Below are positions 10,847 through 31,992 of a stretch of DNA of 64,000 bases, in pieces. Below the pieces are notes generated by a model. The model saw only the letters and a program-made list of their open reading frames with translations, made no database searches and was not told where the DNA came from. The stretch lies in the NCBI GenBank assembly GCA_964106645.2, contig OZ067038.1. The stretch is one strand, 5' to 3'. Source of the stretch: Podarcis pityusensis. Taxonomy: Eukaryota. The translations under genes and the position numbers were made by a program. The stretch's first letter is position 1. Each line of letters starts with the position of its first letter.

Positions 10847-13455
10847 ATCTATCTATCTCCTGGAAATTAGGGATAAGTGTGGGTTTCAAGTGTACTGCTT
10901 TGAAGTGTGAGTACTAGAATATGTTCAATTTTAAAAAATACAGTATGATAAAGTTGTATATCTATCACTTGCCTTCCCTAGCTAAACTAGAGAAAATGTG
11001 TAAGATTTGTGATAGGATCTCACAACATTTTTCCAGAGCTTAGAAGTAGCCAGTTTCAACACTGCTCTTCATCCCTAGCTAAAGGGAGAATGCCCTAGCT
11101 AATATGACCCACACATAGATGGTACCAGCACTGCCCCCTTCTAATATGTTCCATTTTCTAGAGCCAAAACAGCAACAGTAATTTATACCAAATGGGAAGA
11201 GAATTGGACATACCGGCCTGTTATACTCCAAACATGGACAAGTCATTGTGCAGCCATCCAAAATAACCCTGCCCTTTGGAGAAGACTCTTTCTTTCCTCC
11301 CACAACTTTATAATAGAGCAATCTGTCCTGGAGAAGAACAAACCATCTTGCTTTCCAGTTGTGGACAACATGTCCCTGCAAACAAAAAGTGTCGATCTTA
11401 GGTGCAGCTTATAAACAACATTTATTACCTGCTTGGGTGTTGCATACTCATGAACGTCTTACTCATTGCACTCAATTGATAATTTATATAGCCTCTAATG
11501 TGCTCTCATCTGGTAGGAGTTTAAACCGAGTTCTTACCTTCTTTCCACAAATCCAAGGTTTCCCCAAATGTATTTTAGTGATTCCACAAGTGAGCTTTTT
11601 GCAACGATAGCAGTCTCCCAGGCAGTCATTACAGGTATGAGCGCAATAACCTGGTGTCAGTACTGAGTACCCTAGTACCCCCGGGGAAAAGCACTAACTA
11701 CTATTATACAATGGGAAAGATGCTGATTCGCCCCAACTAATCCATGGCAGAAATGAAATAGATTTGTCTCATTCAGATCCAAATTCAGTTTTACAGTCAC
11801 TAGACATGAGTGGTTCTCAAAAGGTCCTACTCTACCATGCAGCAAGGTAGGGCAGTAGATTTTTATTTATTTTTTGCAATCGTTTTTTTTTGGGGGGGGG
11901 GAATGCAATAGTTTTTGAAGTGGTGGGCCCTAGCATGGGGGAGGCATCATTTGGTACTCTGCCTCAGGCAGTGACATGTTTTGGTGTTCCTCAGCTTTGA
12001 CTTTTACAACAGAGAGGATTCAAACCATACATAGCACGGGGTGGGGTTCTAACTTTAAAAACCCAGATTTCAGACAATGCTCTCAAGTTTCATACAGCAG
12101 TTCTCATCTGTTTTTAGTTTACCCAGCTTATTGCTATCTCAACAATATGACAGAACATTTCACTGTTGGAGGCAGTTTGCCTCTGAATATCAGGTGTTGG
12201 GAAGCACAATGGACAGAGATGTCCCACTTGCAGGTTTCCCATAGACATCTGTCTGGCCACTGTGAAAGCAAGATGTTGGACTAGCTGGGCCTTTGGCCTG
12301 ATCCAGAAGTTCTTTGCTTATCTTCTTCACTCTACCCCCAAGCAGATGGCTCTGTCAGCCAACTGCAGTACTACCTAGTCTCTGTTCCATTTTTCCTGTT
12401 TTCCCTTAGTGGGGCTAATGGAAACCTCTGGGGGCAACTTAGATCAGGGAAAAAGCATGATGGGGAGGAGAAAGAATAAATGCCCAATCAAATTAGGAAC
12501 TCTGTCGCTTCTCTGAAGTAGAGAAAAGAAATTCATTCATTAATCTCCTGCATCATGTGCAATTTGGCCCTTAGACATGAGCATAGGGAAAGCACATTGG
12601 ACTGGATAAATTGTTAGAAATTAGGGCCCTTCTGAAGATCTGATAAAGACAGTGACAGATTAAGAGAGGTGGTATATTTCAGATATTGCAAAAGGATAAT
12701 TTGAATAACTTGGGCTACATTTTGAACCTGGAGCCCTCCTACCATAAATTGAGTGTGCACAATAAAAGGCAAACGATCAAGATGAGCAGACAGGTAGAGC
12801 AAGAAGAACTAGATTGTTGCTCTGACCTGTTGCACCCTAGGTCAGAAGGGCAGGATATAGGGAGAGCTGCTTGAAAAGCAAGACAAGAATAAAAGATGAC
12901 AGCAGCGGTGGATCTTGAGGAGATCTGCATGCATGCAAGACAGGACCTGACAGTGAATAAGATGCTGCAGGTCAGAGCAAGAGAGGAATGTTAGCAGAAT
13001 GTTAGCACAGCACTCTAGAGCAGTATCTAAACTTTATACATCCTTTGCCTAGCTATGGGAGACATTCATGTTGGAAAAGTAATAATCTGGCAAGATGTTA
13101 TTTACTTCTGACATTTATAGCTCACTCTCTTTCCCAAACGAGGGCAAAGAGATGAAACTGTGGCTGCACATTACAACCGTGGCTGTGTGTGTGCTCTCCT
13201 ATTCATTCACTCTGCCTCCGGGACTCTCACACCGATTTGGGAAGCGGTGTACACATGCCATTAGCATCCATATCTATCTTGTCGTTCCTTATGAAACATT
13301 GCTTATTGATGTTTTCCCCCCCAAACCAGCAAGAGAAGCTGAGAAAAAGAACAAACTAGTTGTGTTTTAAGCTGGTAATGTACACATCGCCTGTGACTGC
13401 AGCTTACCTTTTTAACAAGAAAGCCTTCCTTCAGAATTCCACTCCCTTCCTCCAT
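4005..13455 (-). CDS. PLEK2: Pleckstrin-2 (PH-DEP-PH), complete, 9 coding exons, 354 aa
   Basis: Exons (minus): 13455-13408 MEEGSGILKEGFLVKK; 11375-11214 GHVVHNWKARWF..LEYNRP; 10593-10412; 9381-9290 HIVDKMHDSSSGIKL..; 8341-8154 (DEP, SVLVDWLISN..); 7480-7379; 6092-6009 GHKRKNWKVRRFVLR..; 5103-5025; 4132-4005 ..WIEAIKQLT*. Total 1065 nt with all phases consistent. Introns are GT-AG except intron 8 (GC-AG). Confidence 0.97.
8690..8870 (-). mobile_element. MIR-like/CORE SINE, degenerate
   Basis: atcctcatcacagccc..aggctgaga..caaagtcacccagtga..ggaattgaacccaaatc resembles a CORE-SINE with a B box. Smaller pieces lie near 6200-6260 and 58040-58150. Confidence 0.45.
9586..9821. mobile_element. Old GC-rich hAT-like MITE
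   Basis: Imperfect inverted ends tagtggcatagtg / cactatgcccttg. The subterminal gccccgggtgctg is shared with the element at 58177-58367. Confidence 0.5.
10767..10858. repeat. (ATCT)n microsatellite
   Basis: About 20 imperfect ATCT units in PLEK2 intron 2. Confidence 0.95.
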
Positions 13456-13931
13456 GCTGATCCAGTAGGAGGTGAATGTGCCTTCCAAGACGTCTGCAGG
13501 CAACTGCAAGCCGATCCCTCTGCATGAGGAGTTTTAAAACAGTGACTGTTTTCTTAGCCACCTCCTCCTCTGCTGTGACGTCTACTCCCCTCCCTACCCA
13601 GGAGACAATAGGCAAATAGTGAGCTGGCACTGGGAGATCACCAGTCCTTAAGGGAATACAAAACAGGGAAAGTTTAACAAGATAATTGTACCATAGCAGT
13701 ACTTCCCCTAGAACTGTGAATGGATCAAGCTCATTGAATGACTCAGAAGATATTAGTCAGCCATCCGGATTATACAACACAGGAAGGAGACAGACCTTCT
13801 GTATATAGAAGCCAAGGACTGGAGGTTCCCATGTTTTGTTCACTGGGCATTTCCATTTTTAATATATTGTTTATTGTTATCTCCGTGTACTACAACATAC
13901 CAGGGACAAACACTGTGGCTACCACAGGACT

Positions 13932-14304
13932 TGGACTCGGTCCAGTATACCTGAACGAATGTCTCCACCCACATTGTTCAGCCACATTGTTCACTGAGGT
14001 CCAGCTCCAAGGGACTTCTGGCAGTTCCCTCACTATGAGAAGGTTACAGGGAACGAGGCAGAAGGACTTCTCAGTAGTGGCACCCAACCTGTGGAATGCT
14101 CTCCCATCGGATGTCAAGGAAATAAACAACTATCTGACTTTTACAATACATCTGAAGGCAGCCCTATTTAAGGAAGTTTTTAGTGTTTGATGTTTTATTG
14201 TGCTTTTAATATTCTGTCAGGAGCCCCCTAGAGTGGCTGGGAAAACCCAGCCGGATATTAATAATAATAATATAAATAATATAAATAATAATATAAATAA
14301 TAAT
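13932..14304 (+). mobile_element. 5'-truncated L2 LINE
   Basis: Encodes GLGPVYLNECL..FSVVAPNLWNALPSDVKE..HLKAALFKEVF, followed by the family 3' UTR and an AAT-rich tail. Confidence 0.85.
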
Positions 14305-16007
14305 AGCAGCTGCAGGGAAAAGGAGCAATGTAAGTGAACTGAACTCAAGAAAGGAAAAATGAAAAACCTGGGGAATCAAAATACAAATATTTCTCTATTC
14401 TATGAAAATATTTTCAATACCAATGAATTTACTATGCAATGGCTGTGACCCTTACCCAGCACATGTGTGCACCAAATCAACATGAATGTTAGGGTTCTTA
14501 AGCTACATTAGTCCCAGCAAGTACACACAAACACATTCCAGTCTCCTACTAAGTCATAAACTTGTTTTTAAAACAACAACACTAAAACAAAAAGCAGGTT
14601 TATAGTTTGACATAGGGTCAGCGCCCGTGATAAAAATGGCTGAAAATGCAAAAACACATTATTGTGCTTGCATAATCTCTTATACATACATTGGTCATTG
14701 TTTGGATTTGTAGATAAGAGTAGAATCTAAAGCCTATAATGTGCATGGGTTTCTATGAAGGGAAGTTCTAGCATACAGAAATCACCTGAGGAGAAAGTAC
14801 ACAAATGTTATTGTTGGCATCTGTCCGTCTCAAGAGACAATGGAGTGTTTCTCCGGAGGCAAAGTCTGCATTAGCAGCGCCCTGGGGTGCAAGCCTGGGC
14901 AGTGTGCAGGGAAGTCCAAGGACATATTGGAGCTGATGGCTCATGCTCCACAGTTCCAATCCAGTAGATCCAATGTACATACATGAGCTCCCAAAACGCA
15001 CAGAGGGCTTCTGTTTGCACAGGGACTTTTCTCATAACCTCAAACCCAGGGACATTTCCAGGTTTACGGCACTGCTTCTGACATTGACATGAACAAGGAA
15101 GTCCTAAATTGTATAGAGCTCTGTATTTTTTGTTGTTTTGAATTTACTGACGTATTCTGTATTTTGTATATTTGTATATTAATTGTTCTCTATTTTAATG
15201 TTTGTTTGCTGTAAGCTGCTTTGGGCCCAGCTTGTTATGGGAAAACAGCACATATAAACAATCAGTCACTCAATATGTGCATTGGAGCCTTATGGATCCA
15301 TAGAGAAGGGAGAAAGTCTTTAGAAAAGTGGCTAACGTGTGGGCCTCCAGATGTTGCTTTAAGTTAGCCTTTCTGCTTTAGAAACCTTTAGTCTCAAGAC
15401 TAGCAACATTCTTCCGTGCTATTGTGAGGTTTACCAGTCTCCTCGATCACTGTCTGGCAGAAAGCAGGCTTTGCTGGTTAAGACATATGACTTAAAGTAG
15501 GATCATAGAGATAAGAATTCAGTAAGGGCAAAATTCATGCCATGCTTGTAATACTTCTGAAATACTTGCCGTTGTCCCGCTTGAGATAACAATCTGAACT
15601 CTAACAGCGTGAGTCACAGGATAGGAAACATTAGTCACCACATCATCGTCCCACATAGTATCCAGGCTATGGGCACACAGAAGATTGTGGAGTGGGTAGG
15701 AGACAAATAAGAAGGCATTTGTTTTTCCCTTTATAGAGCACTGATAGAATGATCTGGTATAAGAAGTCAACCCAACAACTTGCTTATTCTCTTGGCCAAG
15801 GGTGGCCAACTTCTGTATTCCTAGAGACACCTTTCAAACACTGACCTTAGGGCTGGAACGATCTGTATATTATTCCAGCCAGCTGCACTGGCTGCCTGTT
15901 CCCTTCCAGGCCCACCTACCCACCATGTGAACCTGCCTGAGCCCTGGGTTCAGCTACAGCAGTCCTGCTTGTATGCTGGTAGTAGGGGTAGTTTTATTTA
16001 TTTTTAT

Positions 16008-16046
<39 letters not shown>

Positions 16047-16578
16047 TTATTATTTATACCCCGCCCATCTGGCTGGGTTTCCCCAGCCACTCTGGGCGGC
16101 TTCCAAAAGAATATTAAAATACTATGTTACATCAAACATTAAAAGCTTCCCTAAACAGGGCTGCCTTCAGATGTCTTCTAAAAGTCTGGTAGTTGTTGTT
16201 CTCTTTGACATCTGGTGGGAGGGCGTTCCACAGGGAGGGCGCCACTACCGAGAAGGCCCTCTGCCTGGTTCCCTGTAACTTGGCTTCTCGCAGTGAGGGA
16301 ACCGCCAGAAGGCCCTCGGTGCTGGACCTCAGTGTCCGGGTAGAACGATGGAGGTGGAGACACTCCTTCAGGTATACTGGACCGAGGCCGTTTAGGGCTT
16401 TAAAGGTCAGCACCAACACTTTGAATTGTGCTCGGAAACGTACTGGGAGCCAATGTAGGTCTTTCAAGACCGGTGTTATATGGTCTCGGCGGCCGCTCCC
16501 AGTCACCAGTCTGGCTGCTGCATTCTGGATTAGTTGTAGTTTCCGGGTCACCTTCAAAGGTAGCCCCACGTAGAGCGC
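16008..16578 (-). mobile_element. Young 5'-truncated L2 LINE, open ORF2 C-terminus
   Basis: ORF 16569-16132: LQLIQNAAARLV..HITPVLKDLHWLPVRFRAQFK..AFSVVAPSLWNALP.. (L2-clade ORF2 end). CpGs are retained and there is a (TAT)n tail. Confidence 0.92.
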
Positions 16579-19385
16579 TCTTTTATTTCAAGCTCTTTTA
16601 TAACTAAGATGATAGGTTGCTGATTTTGCTATTTTGGCAATTTTGTTATTATGCACAGGGAGAGAGGAGAGGGAGAAGAAGTTCCATTGCGCTAAAAGAA
16701 TTACTTTGTGGATATCATCCTATGGTTTTCAATGCAAATGAGCAGTGTGCTGGCACATACTGAAATTGTGGCTGCTTTGCTTCTACGCTGCTGTTTGTTA
16801 CATAGCCAGGAAACAAGTGATGGTCTAGCGTGTCATGCTGTCTGAAAACAGCCTTCTGGTATGTTTCTTTCTAAATAAGCCAATGACAAACCTTGGTTAC
16901 CACTCATAATTTGTTTGGAAATAAACAAACCACAGGGTTTGATGTAACAAGTTAGTCTATGGCTTGTTTCCTGGTAGTGGTTGGAACAAAATGCCCACTA
17001 CTTCAGCTCTTAATTCACATGAAACCGGTTTAACTATGGCTGTGATGTGCAGTCAAGTAAGTGGTTGTGGATTAGGGTTTGTATAGTTTAATCTTTCTTG
17101 AAATGAAATGGTTTTACTGCTCTATTTATATTTTGATTTTCTTGTTAATTTTAAAATGTTTTTATTGTGCATTGTGTATCACTTTGGGAAGATATTTGTA
17201 GCCTGAAAGGTGACTAAGAAGTTTATCAAATAAAATAAATAAAGCAAACTCTAATGGATGATAAGGCTCTAGAAGTTATCACTGAGCGGCAAGGACTTAA
17301 AAAATGCAAATACTGTACTGGATAGTGGGAAGTCATAAGGGCGTGTGTATCAGGAAAAGGGGTAACTCAGAGATGAATGTGTTTCCTGAACGATCCCTCA
17401 CAGATCCTTTCTAGCGTACTTCCGAAAAAGCAATTCAGCAAAATGTACATTCAACAAACGTGGAAAGCCAATATTACTTTTCCTAGAAGAGAAATGGGGT
17501 TCAAAATCTTTTACCACATGTTAAACTTAAAGGTCACCAAAAAACAGATTTTTAAAAATAAAAAACCCCACTACTTTGGGTTTCTTTTCTAAAATCAAGC
17601 AGTATATAGTTTATGAAATAAAACAAATAAGTAAAATAAGCTTGTATTCCTGCTCTCAATACAGCAAAACAATCATGGGGGGGGGGGAAGGTTTGAAGTC
17701 CTGAAAGTTTTCTGTAAGGAACAAATCTTCACAATTAAAGGAAGTGACTAGATAGGTTTGTTTTGAATGCCAGGGACTCAGAAGGGGTGTTGTGGTGGTG
17801 CAAGGAGTCTTAACCCTCTTAAGGTTATGCCTAAGAGCTCTCAGACCTTCCTAGCTATAGGAGGCTATTATTACAGCCAAGGGACAATTGATAAGAGAGC
17901 GGGAAAATAACATTTAGAATCATTAATACAATTAAAGATTGATATATACTAATTATTTCTAGTCTCTGCTGTGTGATGGTTTTTAATGAGGTAGCTCTAG
18001 CTTTCATATTGTTTTGTGCTGCTTTCAGATTTTAGTATTGAACTTTACTATACTATTGTGCTTTTTAATCTTTTTATATTGACTTACTGTATGCCACCTG
18101 GAGTTTCAAGTAACCAATATAAAACACACACATTACCATGTATATTATAGCATTCCACACACAAACAAGGTGGAGGCTGAATATTTGAGTGTAGGTAAGA
18201 GTTCAAAGCAGAGATCTGATTTTCAGCATTGCTTAACTTGTCATCACAAGCAGCTCCAGATTTAGTAGTAAACATAACCTCATGTTATAGAAGACAGGTA
18301 GAAGCCTGTATGCGTGTAAGACTCAACACAGACAGTGATGTCAGGCTCATGAAAACAGACATAGCTGCAGGATCTAATCAGAACCAGGTGTTTGCTCTTT
18401 GTCCTGTAGAGTAGACCACCCACATCAAGAGAGGGAGAAGTGAGAAGACACCTGTCTGAGATTTCTGTCAGAACTTTTCTGAGGTCCTCAAGATTTCCTT
18501 TGGTGGGGAAAAGTTTGCAGCCATATTTGTATTGTGTGCCATAGGCCTAAGCATTAAATTTATCAGCTACAGGTCTCCATCAACACTGGAATACAACCAT
18601 TTTCGTTTTCTACCCTAGGAGCAGAAAAGGCTATTTTCCCCAGTGACATTCCTCCCAGTTGGGATTACTGGGAAATACACAATTACACGTGAAGATTCTC
18701 AGGATTTCTCTGTTCCACCAAAAGCTGCTGTGAAAATGAAACATGTGGTTGTAATCTCTGTAGAATTTTTAGGTGCACTGCAGCATGTGTGCACTTCTCA
18801 ATGCTTCCTAAATTGTTCCTATAATATTGAATCTATAATACTGCTGAATTTGCATGTTCACTACCTACATTTCCCCTCTCATGAAATAAGGGAACCCCTA
18901 CATGAGAAATTGGCCTTATACCTTCACTTAAACATCAAATGATTAACTTAAAATAATGGCAGGTTTCCTACCACCTCATTCAAATTTTGTAAGTTAAGAT
19001 ACCTTCTTTCTGTAGCAACACTTAAACCCAACAGCCGTAAACAGAGTATCTGGATTTTCTGATGCACGACAATGAACACAGAAGCTTAGACGTGTAGAGT
19101 TGGGTCACGTAGTTCAACCACCTGCAATGCAGGAATCACATCACTGATGTTTCTTGGGGCGGTTGTGAGCTAGCCCAAGACATTTTGTTGCATCAGGCAA
19201 AGGACAAAATTGTGCCCTCTGCATCTCCCTTCCCCAATTCCACATTCAGAAGCTGACTGGACTGGCAGTTAAATCGACTTGATTTTCATCGCCTTTAGCA
19301 GCAAGACCTTTGCCCCATGTGCATTAAAACTCTCTTAAGAATGTGAAAAGAGGAAGAAGAAAAACCTAGATAAATATCCAAGAAA

Positions 19386-19535
19386 TTTATTGAATATTTG
19401 CATGAGTACAGTCTGCGGAGGAATACTGGTTTCATTTCCAGAAACCTCACTACCAGACATACTGAATGGTTGCCCATCTTGATTTTTTAGATATGAAGAT
19501 AGTAAATACAACCTTTAGACAATGCCTGGTTTATT
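19386..19535 (-). terminator. Candidate EIF2S1 polyadenylation signals
   Basis: AATAAA on the minus strand at 19535-19530 and 19391-19386, about 250 and 390 nt after the stop codon. Confidence 0.5.
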
Positions 19536-19778
19536 GTGGGGAAGGGAATTACATCTTCAGAGAGAAGCATCTTCCCTTTGAGGAAGTTAAGCAGCTCTTT
19601 TGAAGCAGATAGCAGATGGTTTCTTGTCTCTTCAAAATTTGGTCTCATCAAAATTCGAAAATATTAAAGTCTTTTCTTGTGGAGTTTTCAATATCAAGAC
19701 ACCTTATCACTCAAAGGTGTTGTCACTGGCTGGTGTTTGTTTGTATAACTGCAACCCTTTTCTTTAATCCCATGCAAT

Positions 19779-30035
<10,257 letters not shown>

Positions 30036-30630
30036 TTATATCGAGAGACAATTTATTAATTTGTAACAGCCCAAACCGAATCATGATATGGCGAACAGTA
30101 ACATCTATTTAGACTGTTCTGGTACCGGAAAAATTTCCCATTTTCCTGCAACTGGCAGAAAAAAGGAAAACGTACCAGACACGCATGTTTGCAGAACGCT
30201 GCTTAGAAACCTCCTTGTCACTCTCTGGGTTCTGGGCCGACATTATGGTCGCCGCAACAACTACATCGCTATGAAACCCTCTCGTTTTTCTCCGTCCAGT
30301 TCCCCTGCGGACGGTTACTGACTAGTTCTCCCCCCGAAACACCAAACGTGGGGGCTGTGTGACAAAGCGCAACTTAAGGAGAGGCGTCGCGGCGGTGGGG
30401 GGGGGGGGCGGGTGTCCTTTTGTGACATAACCCGCACCTCACCGAGGGAGGCCTGTGTCCCAAGAGAAGCGCGGCCGGGAAGCCGATGCCTCACGTCGGA
30501 AGAGGCCCCGCGGTCCCCTCGCGCGGCAGCCGAGGAACGGGATGGGGAGACTCCGTCTCGGCCTGCCGGGCGTCGGTCACAGAGCGGCCCTCCTCCCGCT
30601 CGTAGGCCGCCCCTCCTGCCGCTTGCTCAC

Positions 30631-30760
30631 CTGTCTCTTCCACAGGCCGCGCTCCGGACTGGGGTCTCGGCCGACTGCTCGTATCCGCCTCTGGTCACAG
30701 CGTGTACCCCGCCTCAAAATGCGCAGCCGCCATCCCGCCTCTTCCGGAAGCATTTTCGTG
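30631..30760 (-). other. EIF2S1: EIF2S1 non-coding exon 1 (5' boundary approximate)
   Basis: Strong donor CAG|gtgagc at 30631/30630 inside the CpG island. The exon 2 acceptor (ttttgcag) lies 1 nt before the ATG, so an upstream non-coding exon is required. Confidence 0.7.
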
Positions 30761-31899
30761 AAAAGTAGCCGGAAGCATTTCTACCCAGCTGCTCCCATAA
30801 GTCTTTGGTTGCCCTGATAGACGGGAGGGCGGGAAGGAAAGGTTCGCGCGACACGACCCCCAAGCCTTATTAGCGCCTCCCGCCCGCAGCGGAATTCCTT
30901 CCCTGCACAGAGATAGAAAAGGGTAGAATGGTCACAACGGCTATTAGTATTGGGAAGACGAGGCAGAATACAAGGATTTCTCAGGTTGCAGTCAGACTTG
31001 TACATTTACCATAGTTAGAGATGGAGCTGAGGTTCGTTTGGCTTTCCAACCCGCCCCCCGCCGCCAATAAAAGAAATCGCATGCAAGGGTGCTGCGTATT
31101 TAAATATTTCAAAACTTAAAAAAGCAAATACATCTCTTTTTACTCAAGCTCTCCCTACTGACACATAATATTGGACGCTGTTTTATTTGAATCCTCTGAA
31201 TCTTTTGCTTTTATACTGTTGCTTTAATGGTTTTAAGTTGTACTTTTGTTTTAATGGCTCTTGGCTTGTGTCCAGTGCCTTTAAAAAAAAATACTTAAAA
31301 GCGGGGGAGGGGGGAATCGAAATTTTGCGCACGAAATAAGATCCGGTTGTGAAACTGCAGCAACTCGTGTTACTGCTGATATCGCAGCGGCTGATGTGCA
31401 CACTGTGCAGCCACGGTTAAGCTCCGCTCGTGGAGGTCTCCGCACAGCTCGCTCTCTCTCTTCTGCCCCAGGATACCAAATAAATAAATAAATAAGGAAT
31501 TTGGACCGCCTGTGTGAGCCTAACGTACAACAACAAAGGCAAAGGATAAATGGATTGTATCATTAAAAATCCAAGGGATGGAGCAGCGCCACAACGGGGA
31601 ATTAGAGCATGTGGCAGATTTCCGCTTCTGCTGGATCCGTTTCTCTGCGACGTACAGTCGGCGGGTCCTCCGCAGTTGCACTTATCTCGGAAGTCAGGGC
31701 TTTGGACCATAGAGTTTTTGCCAAAGCTCTCCTGTCTAGGATTCTGGCTCTATGTCTTTTGACGCGGCGCCCGCCGGGCTACGCGCCCAGACGAGCCGAG
31801 GAGGAGGAGGTGCCTCCTCGGTGACGGGCGGCGTGGAGGGCGGGGCTTCGTGGTTGGAAGCGGAACTGGAGGCCGCGGTGCCCTTGGTAACCAAGAGGA

Positions 31900-31909
31900 G
31901 TCACGTGAC
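31900..31909. promoter_or_regulatory. CLEAR element (GTCACGTGAC; TFEB/TFE3/MITF/USF E-box)
   Basis: Exact palindromic CLEAR consensus about 85 bp upstream of the ATP6V1D ATG. V-ATPase genes are established CLEAR-network members. Confidence 0.8.
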
Positions 31910-31992
31910 AGGAGCGGGAGCCCAGCTGAGAGAAGGAAGCGAAGGAGCCAGCGGCGTCTCCCGAGCAATCTCCTCTGACCACCCCGGGCAAG

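Noticed and set aside
13412-13526. Out-of-frame upstream ATG overlapping the PLEK2 start
   Set aside because: Weak Kozak context and unknown TSS, so it cannot be supported from sequence alone.
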